Source of the DNA: the human T2T-CHM13v2.0 reference genome, Homo sapiens
DNA length: 64,000 nucleotides
Reading direction: 5' to 3' (one strand)
Assembly: GCF_009914755.1 (NCBI RefSeq)
Contig: NC_060926.1
A program made the translations under genes and the position numbers. Position 1 is the stretch's first letter. Each line of letters begins with the position of its first letter. A model generated the notes under the pieces. It did no database searches, was not told the DNA's origin, and saw only the letters and a program-made list of their open reading frames with translations. This document shows, one piece after another, positions 40,631 through 54,710 of this stretch.

Positions 40631-41679
40631 GGTCTACAATCCAGAGATATGCAGCGGTGTTGGGGGGCTGCAGAGAAGGGGACTCTCCATCATTGTGGGA
40701 GCTGGTAGCATGTCTGTCACCAATGCCTTGTAAGCAAATGAGAGGGCCTCACCTGTGCCCCTGGGGTTGTGAAGTGTGCACCTCAGGAAGACTCGGCCCA
40801 CCTGTCAAGAATGCAACTGGTTTCCCATGAAAGAACGACCCCATTCCCAACAGCAATCCCATTTTCTGCCTCTGTGGGTCCCACGTGCCCCTCTATGGCT
40901 CCAGCGCGTAATTGTATACAATGCATGGAATGTGGGATCTAAATCTGATATTTTCTGCTTCCTGTTTAATTCAAGGAGCCCCTTCCATGGCTGAAGCTGC
41001 GGTAACACAAACCACATTGCAAAGGATTTTCTATTTCTCTCTTTCTCACTGCCCTGGGAGGAACACTCCAGGCCTCAGTTTCCACCCAGGAAGTCACTGG
41101 GCCTCAGGACACTGTGGTCACTGAGAGACACCCGCAGCCTGCAGGGGGTGCTCTGAACTCTGGCTGAGCCATGCACCAACGTTTCCCATGGTGGCTCGGG
41201 TCTTCTGGGACCTTATAATTTGTCTCTGTTCCCTAATGTGATACTTTAGAGCTCCAGGGTCTGGGCACATCCACATGGAGCAGGGCCACCACCTTGCTTG
41301 TCACTCAGCAAACACTCATAGGTACAGCTCCAGGCCTGTTATCTCCCCAGGCCTGGGGGCTACAGAGCCTTATCCTGTGGGGCTCACAGCCCACTGCAGG
41401 GGCTCACAGGCCACTCTAGGACAGCTGGAGATTTCAACAAGGATGCACGCCTAGGGTGCTATGGTGCACAGAGGAGGGCACATAACTAACTCAGCCTAGG
41501 GTTGGGCATACAAAGAATTCTGCCAGGAGGAGGTGATGGCAGACCTGGGTTGTAAAAAGTAGGTATTATTTTTTTGAGACTTGATTTTCTCACTGGTGAA
41601 ATGCACGTAACAGAAACCTTTAAATCATAACATTGCTTGAATTACATGAGGTAAAATGAGACTGAAACAAGATGAAATG

Positions 41680-42110
41680 TATGGCAGGCATTGGTGATGA
41701 GCTAACCGGAAGCCATTCACAACCCCCTTCTTCCTGGTTTTTATTACCATAGAGGCTGGAGAAGTAAAACACATGTCCCATTTCAGTTACAAGGGGCCAT
41801 GTGACATAACTGACCACATATACTTAAGTCCCTGTGGAGGATTTATCTTGCTAGGAGAAAACTCTTCGCTCCTTCCTTGTCTTCTACCTGGGAAGGGGAT
41901 ACAGTGTTGGAGACACAGCAGCCATCATGGGAGCAGGAGGCACAGACATGAGTTTGGAGTCTACCATGTTAGGGATGAACAAGCCTGGGGAGCTGATGGC
42001 ATATGAGCTTGCATACACGCCCTGGACTTTTTCTACAAAGTTCTCCTTGCATAAATGCCTAAATCACTCTAAGTGGGGGTTTTCTGCAGTGGATTTCCTG
42101 TTGGTGTAGT
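41680..42110 (+). mobile_element. Old MLT1-type MaLR LTR
   Basis: 'ggggccatgtgac', 'gcagccatc' and 'gttttctg' MLT1(H-L)-like motifs. Confidence 0.45.
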
Positions 42111-42221
42111 TGTAAAGTACTTACATAATGCCTGACATAAAAACTGCTCCATAGGGGATGCAGGGATGACTGAGGAGGAGGAAGAAAAGAGGTAAAATGT
42201 GTACTAGGAAGGCAGCTTGTC

Positions 42222-42512
42222 TTTTTTTTTTTTTTTTTTTTTTGAGACAGGGTCTCATTCTGTCGCAGTGGCATGATCACAGCTCACTGTAGCCTCAACC
42301 TCCTTGGGCTTAGGTGATCCTCCCACCTCAGCCTCCCAAGTAGCTGGGATCACAGGTGTGTGCCACCATGCCCAGCTAATTTTTGTGTTTTTTGTAGAGA
42401 CAGGGTTTCCCTATGTTGCCCAGACTGGCCTTGAACTCCTGGGCTCGAGCAATCTGCCCTGCTGAGCCTCCCAAAGTGCTAGGATTACAGGTGTGAGCCA
42501 CCATGCTCAGCC
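42222..42512 (-). mobile_element. AluJ-type element
   Basis: Antisense dimeric Alu with T22 tail and a short right-arm deletion. Confidence 0.93.
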
Positions 42513-42781
42513 TAGTACGTCTTGATAGAACCAGAGCGTATCTGAGGAGCTGGTGAGAAGAATATGTGGAAGGATTGCTGGGAGAGGAGGCAGCAGAGGG
42601 CAAGAGGAGCCTGTGTTCCCGCAGCATAGAGGGCCTTGTGCGCTATGCAAAGGAGCTCACATCTTATCCTGAAGAAGGAGGGAGTGGGCTCACAGAACAA
42701 AGGGAAAAGAGTGTTTCAGGAAGAGACTGGGGTGTGATCAGCAATGCCAAACACTGCTGAACATCCAGGAAGATAAGGAGG

Positions 42782-43246
42782 TGTTCAAGAAAAACAAACA
42801 AAAAAACCCCACAGAACTGAACAGTAGTTAAAGTGGTGAAAGCAGATTTTATTTGGGACTACTGCAATAGGGGTAAGAGACCCCAGTATAGAACTAGGCT
42901 AAATTCCGAATGCAGCATGAGAAAGTAGGAATTTATAGCCAAGGAACAGGGTGGGAGTGGTGGCTGGAACATTACTAAGACGAGTATGGGGGGACTCTGG
43001 CTATGCCGACCTAACAGGATTCTTGCTGAAGATGGGCCAGGATGGTCAGACATCACCTGGGGATGGTGGAGGAGGGGGAACCCAGTTGGATATCGAGGGT
43101 GATCAGATAGGCAGGGTGGGAGGATGTTGGTAACCTGACTTAGCCACGTTCTTCCTAAAACTGGATTTTACAAGGAAGTGCATGCATAGGTCTAAGAGAA
43201 GGTTCAGGAGCTCAAAGCTCAGTTTGGTCAAGAAGAGAATCTTTGA
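42782..43246 (-). mobile_element. ERV1 solo LTR, MER31-like
   Basis: 'gatatcgagggtgatcagata', 'aaaactggattttacaaggaagtgca' and 'agtttggtcaag...gagaatctttg' match MER31 as recalled. Confidence 0.75.
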
Positions 43247-44789
43247 AGAGAGAAAAGTGTTCTCTGGCCTCGAGGAGGGCAGTGTCCCAGTGGGTGGAGG
43301 AGGGGACAGGAGGTGGGAAGGGGAGAAGGGAGTAGGGCCCCCTCTTCCAGAGGGGGACAAGCAGACAATTTTTGGAACCATTCTGTAGAAATAATTCATG
43401 CTCATGGTAGAAAAGCTGGAAAATAGGGATAGTAAAATTAAAAAATAAAAATTGCCTCTCATTCTATACCAGATATAACAATTGTACTAATTTTTTGTTC
43501 CTTCTCTCCTGACATTTTTTTCTATGCCTATACATAAGTCTTTTTTTTTAAATAATACAGAATCTTAATAGCTATACTATTTTGTAACTTGCTTTTTCAT
43601 TTACCATCCTGTAAACATCTTTCCATGTAAAATGACCTCCAAAACCATAATTTTAAATGGCTCCTTAGAATACCATATGCAGATGGAGAATAACTGACTT
43701 CTCTGGTCCTTAAGCTGTGTACATGTGATGGAAAGCTGGTGCACTGGAGGAGTACTGAGCGGGGTGGATGATCTTTGAAGTGCTGGCTGGTGTTTAGGCC
43801 AGATCCCTAGGAAGAAGGCTTGGGAGAAAAGTGCCAACTTGTTTGGGAAACTTGTTTCTTGAGTCTTTCAGTGTGCATTGCTATTGTTGAACAGCAGAGG
43901 AGATTGGAAGATTGGGAGAAATGAGACAGTGCTTCATCGCTTTGCATTGTAAAGGAATTTGGGAGGCATTGTCTGCCTGCGGCTCCTGAGCTCTGGGTGG
44001 TGGTCTGGCTTGTGGAGGGGGCGTGGGGCCCAGCCGCCTGGAGGAGGCCCAGGGCAGGCCAGCTAAGGCTGCAGACCTTGGTGGGTGGCATTTAGTGGCT
44101 CCACTGAGTCCTGCTCTGCTCTGTCCAAGACGCCCCACCTCAAACCTTCAGGGCCTACTATGCACCCTCGTCTCAGGGAAATGGCGTCTAGTACTCAGTG
44201 CACCACAGTCCTGGAAGTGGCTAGTCAACAGGAGTCAGGAAGCTTGGACTGACTGTGGAAGCGAGGCTCTAGGGATCCTCAGGAATCTTTGCCTGAGGCA
44301 CAGCAAATCCAGCTATTTTGTTTGGATATTGTAGAAAGTCCCAGAACTTGGAAGCACAGAGACATGATGCATTAGATGGGTTTACATCTGCACTCTACTA
44401 AACTGTGCTCAGGAAAGCTGAATGAGGCACGTCTTCCCCAAACCTCGCCAGCCCCGATTCATTTTCTTACATCCTCTCAAGTGTGAGAAGTGAAAATGCT
44501 CTTTCTTGCTTAAGTACATTTATATGATTACAGGTGCGGCTGAGCATCTTTCTCCTATTTGTTGGTCTTCTGTTTCTTTGCGACTATCCTGTTTATTTCC
44601 TTTGCACATGAGAAAAAGCTTGCTCCATTTGTCTTTTTCTTGTTGATCTGTAAGAATGCTTTACACATTAAAGATACTAACCCTTTGTGATAAATGGTGT
44701 CCTGTTTGTCTTTTAACTACTTTTCCCCTAAGTTTTTATTTTGAGAATGTTTCAAAGGCACAGAAATGTTGAAGGGTTAATAACCACAT

Positions 44790-45210
44790 CTGTGACCCCT
44801 TCCCCTAGTCTCACAGGTGGGATTCTGGCTCAGATGGAGACTGGTGATGGGCAGGAAGTTTTTTAGGAATTACCTGGGCAGAGAGTGCTAACTTGGGATG
44901 CAATCTGCAATCATGGCAGAGGCCGCAGCCCTTTGCAGGGGGAGCTCCGGAGCTGGCATGGCCCTGCCAGGTCATCCTGAATTGGGAGGAGGTGGGGGTG
45001 GGGCTTTTACACTCCACATTGACAAGTCACTGGATGTAGGCTACCTGACCTTGGGTGCTACACCTCCCTGTCTTCAGAGAGGGTAAGCAGGGCTGCAGGC
45101 TGCCAGCTTTCTCAGCAGCTGCAGAGTAAGTAAGCACTTAGTCCCTGAGCACCCCACCCTCAACCCCAGAGGGCAGCTGGGCTGTACACCACAGATGCCC
45201 TGCACAACTG
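44790..45210. mobile_element. ERVL LTR, LTR16-like
   Basis: 'gggagctccggagctggcatggccct...tcctgaattgg...agtcactggatgtaggct' matches LTR16 as recalled. Confidence 0.55.
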
Positions 45211-45358
45211 TGAACATTCTGCCACCTTTGTTTTACCCTCTCTTTCTCTGTTTCTGTGTTTTTTTCCTTGAAACATTTAAGAGTTAGTTGTAGATATAAT
45301 GATCTTTCATTCTGAATACTTCAGCATATACCTCCTTCGAATGAGAGCATTCTCCTAC

Positions 45359-45733
45359 TGTATTAGTCCATTTTCACACTGCTATAAAGACATACCCAAG
45401 ACTGAGTAATTTATAAAGGAAAGAGGTTTAATTGACTCACAGTTCAGCATGGCTGGGGAGGCCTCAGGAAACTGACAATCATGGCAGAAGTTGAAAGGGA
45501 AGCAAGGTACCTTTTTCACAAGGCAGCAGAAAGACGTGCCAAGAGAAGGGGGAAGAGCCCCTTACAAAACCATCAGATCTCATGAGAACTCACCCACTAT
45601 CATGAGAACAGCATGGGAAAAACTGTCTCATGATTCAGTTACCTCCACCTGGTCTCTCCCTTGACACGTGGGAATTATGAGGATTATAATTCAAGATGAG
45701 ATTTGGGTGGGGACGCAAAGCCTAACCATATCA
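45359..45733 (-). mobile_element. THE1 (THE1D-like) MaLR solo LTR
   Basis: tgtattagtcc...ccatatca ends, 375 bp, 5-bp TSD cctac/cctat. Confidence 0.9.
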
Positions 45734-45775
45734 CCTATATAACCACAGTGCAATGATCATGCTCAGGAAAATTGA

Positions 45776-46149
<374 letters not shown>

Positions 46150-46164
46150 CAAACAATGTCTTTA

Positions 46165-47680
46165 CTAACAAATGCTCCCCATACCTTCCCATCCTGACAT
46201 CCCACCCCCAGTGAAGACTCTAACTGAAAATCCTGCATTGCATTTAATTATCACGTTCTTTTAGTCTCCTTTATTCTAAAATGGGCTTTTTCATCTTTCA
46301 TGACATAGATATCTTTGAAGAGTTTAGGTCAGTGGTTCAGAATATGCCTCTGTTTGGATTTGTCTAATTGTTTCATCTGTTAGGTGCAGATGAATCTTTG
46401 GCAGAAGTGCCACACTGAGGAATCCCTTTCAAGAGCACGTGATGCCAATTTCCCCCATGATTAGTGACATTAAGTTTGATTATTTGGTTAAGGTCAATTC
46501 TGTTTTCAGAATTTTCTTACAAGCATGTTTTAAGATTTTTATGAAGCTCCAACCATGGACATAATTCTTGCTGGTTCCTGCAATGAACTCAGAAAAGTAT
46601 CCCTTACCCAGACTGTATAAATATTTACATATTTTCTCCAAATACGCTTATAATAGTTTCAGTCTCTAATAAATTCTTTGATTCACTAGGAATTAATTTT
46701 GGTTTATGTCACAAGAGTCTATTTCCCCCTCTAAATACTTAATCAAGCATCTAGTGTCATTCACTGGTAACTTTTATTAAACAAGTCATCCTTTTCCCTC
46801 ACTGGAATTGTCACTATTTTTCTACATATTTTCAAAGATTGTTATTTGTTTCTGGATTCTATTCTGTTCCCGTGATCTGTCAATCCTCCTTCCAGTGCTA
46901 TATGGGAATTGGTTTATTTTGATATCTGATAATGAAGATCTCCAAGGAGGATTTATTGTTTGACGATGTAAAATGTGAGTAAAAGCAGAAAGATGAAAGA
47001 GAGAGTCCCAAGGAGGTTTGAGGGCTGGGGTGGCAGGGCAGTGACAGGCAGACAGAAACATGTCTATCCGTGTGGCTTTGGCTTGGGTGTGAACAACTGA
47101 GAATCAGCCCTTTGCCCCACCTCTCTATTCTGCCCACCCTGTATCTCAGTATAATATATCATGGCGTATTTCCAAGCCATGCATGTGGATCTAACTCAGT
47201 CTCACACTGGGGGAATCATAATTCACTCTGAGGGTATATTATCATTTTGTCCTTACTAGATTAAGTATCATCTATTCCACTTTTTATTATCACCTCAATT
47301 TTAAACCTTGTATATTTATCTTCACGTGTGCAAGTATAGCTATAAATGAAACAACATTTTTACAAGGGAAAAGTAAAAGTGCTGAATCAAAGCCTTTCCT
47401 TCTTTAAAATGTTGATGCTCTTCTTGAAAAATCTTTTTTTTTTAAATTTAGATAGCCTGTATTTCATGATCCATGTTCTTGAAAAATCTCTACGAACTTA
47501 TATTCCTGCCAAAGGTATATGTAGATGTGCCCGTTTGCCCATCCTTTTGCCAATAACGGGTTTCATATTTTTCAGTTTTGCTAGATTTAGAGAGGAAAAA
47601 AGTGCTATCTCATTATTCTTTCAATTTTGCAGTGATTTGCTAATGACTTTTTAGATGTTGATTCTGTAACCCAGTGTTTT
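46165..47680 (-). mobile_element. Old L1 (L1M) remnants, continuing fragments at ~44460-45830
   Basis: AT-rich antisense L1-like motifs ('tctggattctattctgttcc', 'tttgccaataacggg', 'gattagtgacattaagtttga'). Bounds approximate. Confidence 0.55.
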
Positions 47681-50296
47681 TACTAACTTCCAGATTTGTG
47701 TCCCCAGCAATGAGGACAAGCATTTTGATTAGAGTCCTCTAGCTCCTCATTCAAACCAGGAATGAAGACTTGGAGGACAGAACCTAGCTGGGCTCTGTTT
47801 TAGTTGCCCTAAATTAACACCTTATTTAGGATGGATCTGCTACCTAGGAAATGAGGGTGAGAGGGCACATGGGGGAGTCATAGCCTAGGGCCAGGTTCCC
47901 AGTTTTGTAAGTGCCTCGTTCTTTGCGGGGCAGCCTCGGAGACTGCCTCCTGCAGACAAATCTCACAGACACCTTTACTATGTGGACCAGAAGAGCTGAG
48001 ACAGCCAATCCCCAGACACCAGGATCCGGTCAGCCCTGTGATCCTCCGGGTCAACACTCTGTTTCAGGAACTGGTGGATCATTTGTTCCCAATATTGTCA
48101 TCCTCAGGGGTGGCTGCAAGTCTCATATCCTAGACTGTGGACACATCTTCTAGTTCCTCCAACTCTGTTCCTGTCAGCCCCTATCTTCCCAGGCGGCAGA
48201 TAATTTGGTTCCTCTAATCATTGTGGGTCTAGAACAGAAACCCTGAGCTCTATCTAAGTAAGACTGGAGGGCTGGGCATTCCAAATTATTGCACAAAGAG
48301 TCCGCAGCTTTTTTTCCAAAAGTAGTTTTTTGTTTGTTTGTTTATTTGTTTGTTTTAAATCTCATGTGTCCACAAAGGTCTCCAAGAAAATCTACTGAAG
48401 ACACAGCTGCAGAACATTCAGAATACTGAAATCCATGGTGAGCAAGTCCACAGAGGGGAAATGCCTCCAAGACAGTGGCCACACCCAGGAGACTGAATGA
48501 ACAAGCTAGATGAGCTGGCCTTCCAACTGGTTAAACCAGGACTTACCCAGATGGCATGAAACGCCACCATTTTTTTTTTTTTTAACTGAGCCAGCACTGG
48601 GGCAAGGACTTTTCCTACTTGATTTAATCTACTCTTTGACACACCCCTTATAAGTAGGCAACCCTGTCCCTGTTTAAAGACAAAGAGACAGAAGATGACA
48701 GAGGTTAATTTAATCAGGGTCACAAAGCTCGAACACAGCAAAAGTGGATTGGAAGCCAGATCTTTATCATGACCTTATACTGTAGTCTTTTTCCTGGGTC
48801 AATGGAAGCATATGGTCCTTGTCACTCATCTCCCAGGACACCTTACAGCCCCATGCGAGCTTGTTCACCTGCAGAGGCCCAGAGCACTGGTTCCTGAGTC
48901 TTCTCCCAGTAAGTAGGAAGTTCCTCAACACTGCACTGCTGTTACAACAAGTAACCAGCAGATGGCAGTGTCCACCAGCCCTCCCTGATTCGTCCCAAAC
49001 CCAAGGGCTCTGAGATGTCCCTTTTGGAAGGCTTCTGGTAAAGAAGCTACCTTTCTCCCTTCTTCTCTGTTGCCTCTCCTCCCCCTCCCGGTAGCCTGGG
49101 GCACAGGGGCAGGCCACGCCCAGCGGCCTGGGGCCAGAGCTGTGGCTGACCCCAGTGTGGATGCCAGAGCTGTTGCTCTGAGTAACCTGGGGCCGGGTAT
49201 CACCAGTTGAGCCTGGGAAATTCCTCTAGCTTCAGGAAGCCCAGCCCTGGGCATCCTATGGGGCTAAGCCAGAGCCCGCTGCAATCTTCCCACCTTGCTG
49301 TCCCAGGTCTTTCTGTGGGAGACATTTGCAGCAGATTTCTGGACTGAGAGGAGTCCATCATCACCAGACCCAGAGAGGGTGGATGGCTCTGCAGGCTGTT
49401 GTCATCAACTTCTGTCCCTTGCCTTCCCTGGGAGACCTAACCCAGAGCCCTATCTCCTCACCTCCAAACCTTTCTCCAGCTCTGAGTCAAAAGGCCCAGA
49501 GGCTACGGTGGGTCCAGACAGAGGACAGGCTCCTGGCTGGGTCCCAGGCAGTGGACCCATCTCACACTCTTCCCGTCTTTCACTGCAAACCCTGTGGACG
49601 TTTGATTGTCAGCCTCACTGCACATCTGGGGTCTAAAGCCAGGAAGGGTGAGGAACTTGCAGCCCAAGTTTAGAGGCACGATTTGAATTGAGGTCTCTTG
49701 ACTCTCAGGATTATCAGTTTTATGTTCCAAGTTAGTGCATGGCTGCAGGGACCCAGCATCCCCAACAGAGGAGAGGGGAGGGCAAAGGCTGACCCTCATT
49801 ATGTTGCACCCACAGGGTGCCCTAAGCAGAGGTGAGGCAAGACCCTCTGGGCTGCAATGGAGAACAAAGGCCCCTGATCACAGGGGGACCCAGGATAGAA
49901 GATGGCTATGATGCCAAATGACAGGCTACTGATCACGTCCCCTTGTTGGGGACTTGGCTTCTGCATGTGGACAATGTAGAGTAGGTTGCCTCTAAGGGAT
50001 CTTTTAGTTGTCTTGTCATCAGACATGGGGCCAGGTGTCTGGGTATGGCAGGAGACCCTGGGCAAGGCTGAGTAGGCTAAAGCTGGGGCTTGCCCAAGTT
50101 CCCGTACCTGACAGTCGCTTCAAAATGGCTGTAGCTGGCGGGATCCAAGACTAACTCCCTAAGTAGTATCAATCTAGTGTTGTAGGTTCCCAGATGACAT
50201 GCAAACTCCCCACAGCAAAGGTACCTTCGAGAGATGTGGCTCTCCTAGTAGTAGTAGAGAGGACTTCCTCACAACCGGGTACAGGAAAGCACAACC

Positions 50297-50590
50297 GTAA
50301 TCCCAGAACTTTGGGAGACTGAGCCTGGGCTCAAGAGGATGCTTTGAGGCCACCCTTGGCAACACAGCAAGACCCTGTGTCTACAAAATATTTTTAAAAA
50401 TTAGCTGGGTGTGGTGGCTTGTGCTTGTAGACCCAGCTACTAGGGAGGCTGAGGTAGGAGGATCACTTGAGCCCAGGAATTTGAGTTACCGTGAGCCATG
50501 ATTCTGCCACTGCACTGCAGCCTGGGCCACAGAGGGAGACCCTGTCTCCTAAAAAAAAAAAAAAAAAAAAAAAGAAAGAACAAAAAAGAA
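50297..50590 (+). mobile_element. AluJ-type element, 5'-truncated/rearranged left arm
   Basis: Alu right arm plus A-rich tail at 50551-50590; left arm is degenerate. Confidence 0.88.
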
Positions 50591-51579
50591 CTTCCTCCCA
50601 TTCAGAGGTATCAGAGGCTGCCTTGGATAGGGAGTTCCCCACCTCTGCAGGTATGCAAGTGCAGCCCAGGAAGCAATTTGTTATGATTCAGGCATGCATG
50701 GCAAGTTGGCTTAAATAATAACCCCAAAAGTTGTTTTCAGATCCTTGGATTCTATGACTGAATCAGGGACTTGGTGTTCAGAGAAAACAAACAGCTTCTG
50801 CAAGGGGTGGAAGAGCAGCAAAGTGCTCTGCAAGGAAGGGTCTGGGGCGGGAATGTGGGAACTGCCCCTCTTCATCCCAGTTGTCAAACATCGCCCCAAG
50901 CAGGCTGCTTTCCCCTCCTCCCTCCGTTGGAGGCAATCTCACCTTCTCTCTCTGAGGAGGACTCAGCTGGAGTCTGGAGGTCTGGGGTTTGGGGGTGATC
51001 AGATGGATGAAGAACTAAAGTTAGGGCTTTCAGGCCCCAGTTTTCTCCCAACCTTCTCTGATCTCTGCTCCTGACATCTGCCTCTGGGCCTCATCTGCTC
51101 CCCAGCGATGGCTGGGGCAACACAGAGGAAGGTTTTCATTCTCAAGGCTCTTAGTGCAGTTAGCATGTGGTGCACAGCTTCAAGGGCTCCGGGCTGTGCA
51201 AACTAGCTCTCTCCTGCCCAGCCAATCGACCTAAGGATCCCCACATCACCTAAGAGGAAGTCCCAACTGGGCAGGGCACCTGGAGACCTGGGTCATGGGC
51301 AGGTCCTGCTGCTGGTATGACAGGCTATTTTCCATGGCAAGTGTTTTCCGCTTCCAGTTGCGAGCAGTGGCAGGCAAGAGTCCCCTGGGTAACACTTTCA
51401 TAGTCTTCACCTGGACTAGAGAGGTCCTTTCTTTGCCAAGAATTTTCTAGAAAGCCAGAGAGGAAAGGCAGGCATACTCTGCCTCTCCACTGGGGTCTGG
51501 GGAGCAGGGCGGCAGAACAAAGCCCCTCACATTCCCATCCCCCAGCCCCAAGCCAAGGGTTGAGCAAGGATAGTTGATG

Positions 51580-51780
51580 ACTCCAGGCTCTGCCACTCTC
51601 CAGGTGACTCTGCGCAAGGTGTTGAATTCTTTAGCTCAACTTTCCTTTTCTATAGAATGGGAAGAATACCCATCTCACAGGATAGAGTAGTTGTGAGAAT
51701 GAAATGGCATGAGGTGTGTGGAGCAGCAGGCAAGGTGCCTGACATTCAAGGGACAACGAATGGGCACTATCATTATTTAC
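51580..51780 (+). mobile_element. MIR
   Basis: 'tttccttttctatagaatgggaagaatacc...gttgtgagaatgaaatg...gtgcctgacatt'. Confidence 0.7.
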
Positions 51781-54543
51781 AGGGAGCGAGGGAGACAGGC
51801 ATGACCCATGCATCCTCTCTGCCTCCTCCTGGGCTCGGCTCCAATGTGTCCTCTGCTGATCACAGAGCCCCCCAGCCCATCACTTTACTCGGAACCACTG
51901 GATAGCACACTGTGCATTTATGCGCTTCCTGTTGGCTGTCTCCTGTGTCCATCCTAAAGCTCCATGTGCTCGCCCTGTGCATTGCTCAATCCACAATGCA
52001 CCGAAGGCTACCTGGCAATGAGTATTTACATAAAGAAGGAATGAATAGAGGGACGGATAAATAAATAAATGACTGTGCCCTCACCATACAGACCAAGAAG
52101 CACAGGTGGGAGAAGTGAAGTCTCAGTTGGAGCACATACAGCGAGTGGACAGTGGCTCCAGCAGCATTAGCCCACCCCATGTGTGTCCTCCAAAGCCTTC
52201 CAGGTGCGTAGAAGCTGCTTCTCTCTCTGCCATGATCACCCCTGGCACTGGGAACACACTGGTGGTTGGGGGCAAGACTACATCACCTCCTCTGTGCCAG
52301 CCTGTTATGCCAGCCACACACAGGATGAGGTGAGAATCCGCTCATTTTATAGATTAGGAAATTCGGTCTCCAAGAGGCTAAGTGGCCTGCTCCCACAATG
52401 ACAGCAAGGGTGCATCCCTCATTCCTAAGCCCCAACGTGGCAGGGGTGTCATGTAATCAACAAACGTTTGTCACTGGCTGTGCCAAGAATGTGCTAGGAC
52501 CCTTCCGCTCTCTGCTCTACACAGCCGGGTAAACTGAAGCCAAGACAAGGCAAGCGACTTGCTGTCACCCAGGACTCCCCGCGTGTTTGCACAAATCTTA
52601 GCCGAGTTGATTTGTAAAACACCCAAACACTGCGGGCGCATGGCTGCAGGGGGAAAGGAAGCCAAGTAACACAGTAGGACCCAGCATCCGCGTCAGGGAG
52701 AGACCGGGGGGCTGGCGGAGTGGGGGCGGCGGTGTTTGTCACCGACTCTCCAATCCCAGTCCTAGAAGCAGGGTGGACTATCCCAGCTCGATCATCCCAG
52801 ATTCCCCAGGCTCCTGCTAGGAGAAGTCCCTCAGCGCCGGCAGCGCTGACCCTGGTCCAGGGGTCCGCCCTTCCCGGTAATGTCAGGCCTTTCTCCTTGG
52901 CATAGATCGGCCTTGGGGTCTGCGAGGACTGAACCTCACTAGGCCTCTCTCTCCCACCCGCAAACATTCTCGAGTGTTATGCGGCTCAATGCCCCAAGGT
53001 GAGCAGGCGCCGCGTCTCCGCGGTGGCCGAGAGGGCAATGGCTGAGGAGTTCGTTTGGGACGAAGCAGTGGAGCAGGGGAACTGGGGAGCCTGGGCCGGG
53101 CCTCTCTGTGGGTCCCAGCGCAGCGCAGCCAGGCAGGCGTCGGGACCTAGGCGGCTTTGGATTCGGCGGGCGACCTCGCTTTGAAGCTGATCACCCGCTC
53201 AAGGTGATCACGACGTGCCGACCCAGTCTAGATTTTGAGTTCTGCAGAAAATGCAATTTTAAAGGAAAAGGACCCGCCTGCCCTTCTTCGGCAGTTCGTT
53301 TGGCCCAGGCCTTCGATCAGCTGAAAGTTTCCGATCTAGGGGGATGTCCAGGCTGCCGGCGGAGCAGAGCCGATAACCCCCCTCTCCTGCGCGTTCCCCT
53401 GAGACTTGGCCTCCGCAACCTGTCCCAGCCGCGGAGCAAACTGCTCTGCGGCCCGCGCGAGTGCGCCCCAGGGCTTCGCCGCTGCCGGGCGTCCCCTCCA
53501 TCCACCTCGGGACCCGCGCCATCACCGCGGCGGGGTAAGAAGCTCGGAGGCGCCATCCCGGGGCTCTGCGCCGTCCGCTCTCCCGGCTCCTGGCCGCTCA
53601 CGCACACAGCCGGTAGCTGGTTTTCGTTAGCCGCTGCCCTCGCCCAGAAGGCGGGTGGAAGGTCGCCAGTTGGACGCACAGCCAAACTCTTAGCGCACTC
53701 CCGCGCGAGATCCCCCATCACCCGGGGCTGCCGTCCTCATTTCGAGCTCTTTCTAGAGCTTGGCTCCCGCTGAAGCGCAACTTCCGCGCCCAAACCTTGC
53801 TTTTACGACGGGCGGTCCGCGTCCAAAGGTCTCTTACAGGCCTGCCCTTTCAGCTCCTCGCCCTCCCTTCCTCCCCTACCGGCCCCCTCCCCTGCTCTGG
53901 CCGCCCGCTGCAATCCTTTGGGGTCTGTGGCTGAGTGGGGAACCGCCGACCCGCGATCCGGAACGCGACTTTGAGGCCGCCGGGAGCATCCTGTGGCCTC
54001 TCTCTGCGCGGCCACCCGGCCGCGGCGCGAAGCGGTCTGGAGGGCGAGCCCTTCCGCGGCCCCAACTCTGCCGCCCCGTTCCCGGCATTGGGAACCAGGG
54101 CAGGGAGGGGGCGGGTGTTTCTCTGCGGGGGAGTGGGGAGGAAGCTGGGCGGGTGCGCGCGGTGCCCCGAGCCTGGAACCACGGAGGGCGCGTTGGTCTT
54201 GGGCGGATGGAGGGGGTGTCGCACTGCCGCGGGGAGGCGTGTCCGGAGGCTGGGGCCAGTGGCAGTCGCTTGGCGAGGGTGGGGGCGTAGCGCTGCGGTG
54301 GGAGGAGGCGGCTCCGGCCCTGGTCTCCACTCTAGGCCGGGGTGGGGGGCGCATAGCGGCCGCCGGAGCTTTCAGCAGGGGGCGCTGCTCCGGGCGTTGG
54401 GCGGGGGTGGGGTGGGCCAGGAGGGGGGGCCGCGGCTGGCCGCGCACACTTCCCCCATTATTAAACACTATGTTCAAAAGGCGCCGGGGGACTTCCCGGA
54501 GCCACGGAGCCCGCGCCGCCCGCCCGCCCGGCCCACGGAGCCC

Positions 54544-54666
54544 ATGGACCTGAGCGCCGCCGCCGCGCTGTGCCTTTGGCTGCTGAGCGCCTGCCGCCCC
54601 CGCGACGGGCTGGAAGCGGCCGCCGTGCTGCGAGCGGCGGGGGCTGGGCCGGTCCGGAGCCCAGGG

Positions 54667-54710
<44 letters not shown>

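Noticed and set aside
53935-54543. In-frame open extension upstream of the GDF7 ATG
   Set aside because: It starts at a non-ATG codon in GC-rich promoter DNA and would bury the signal peptide. The true start is 54544.
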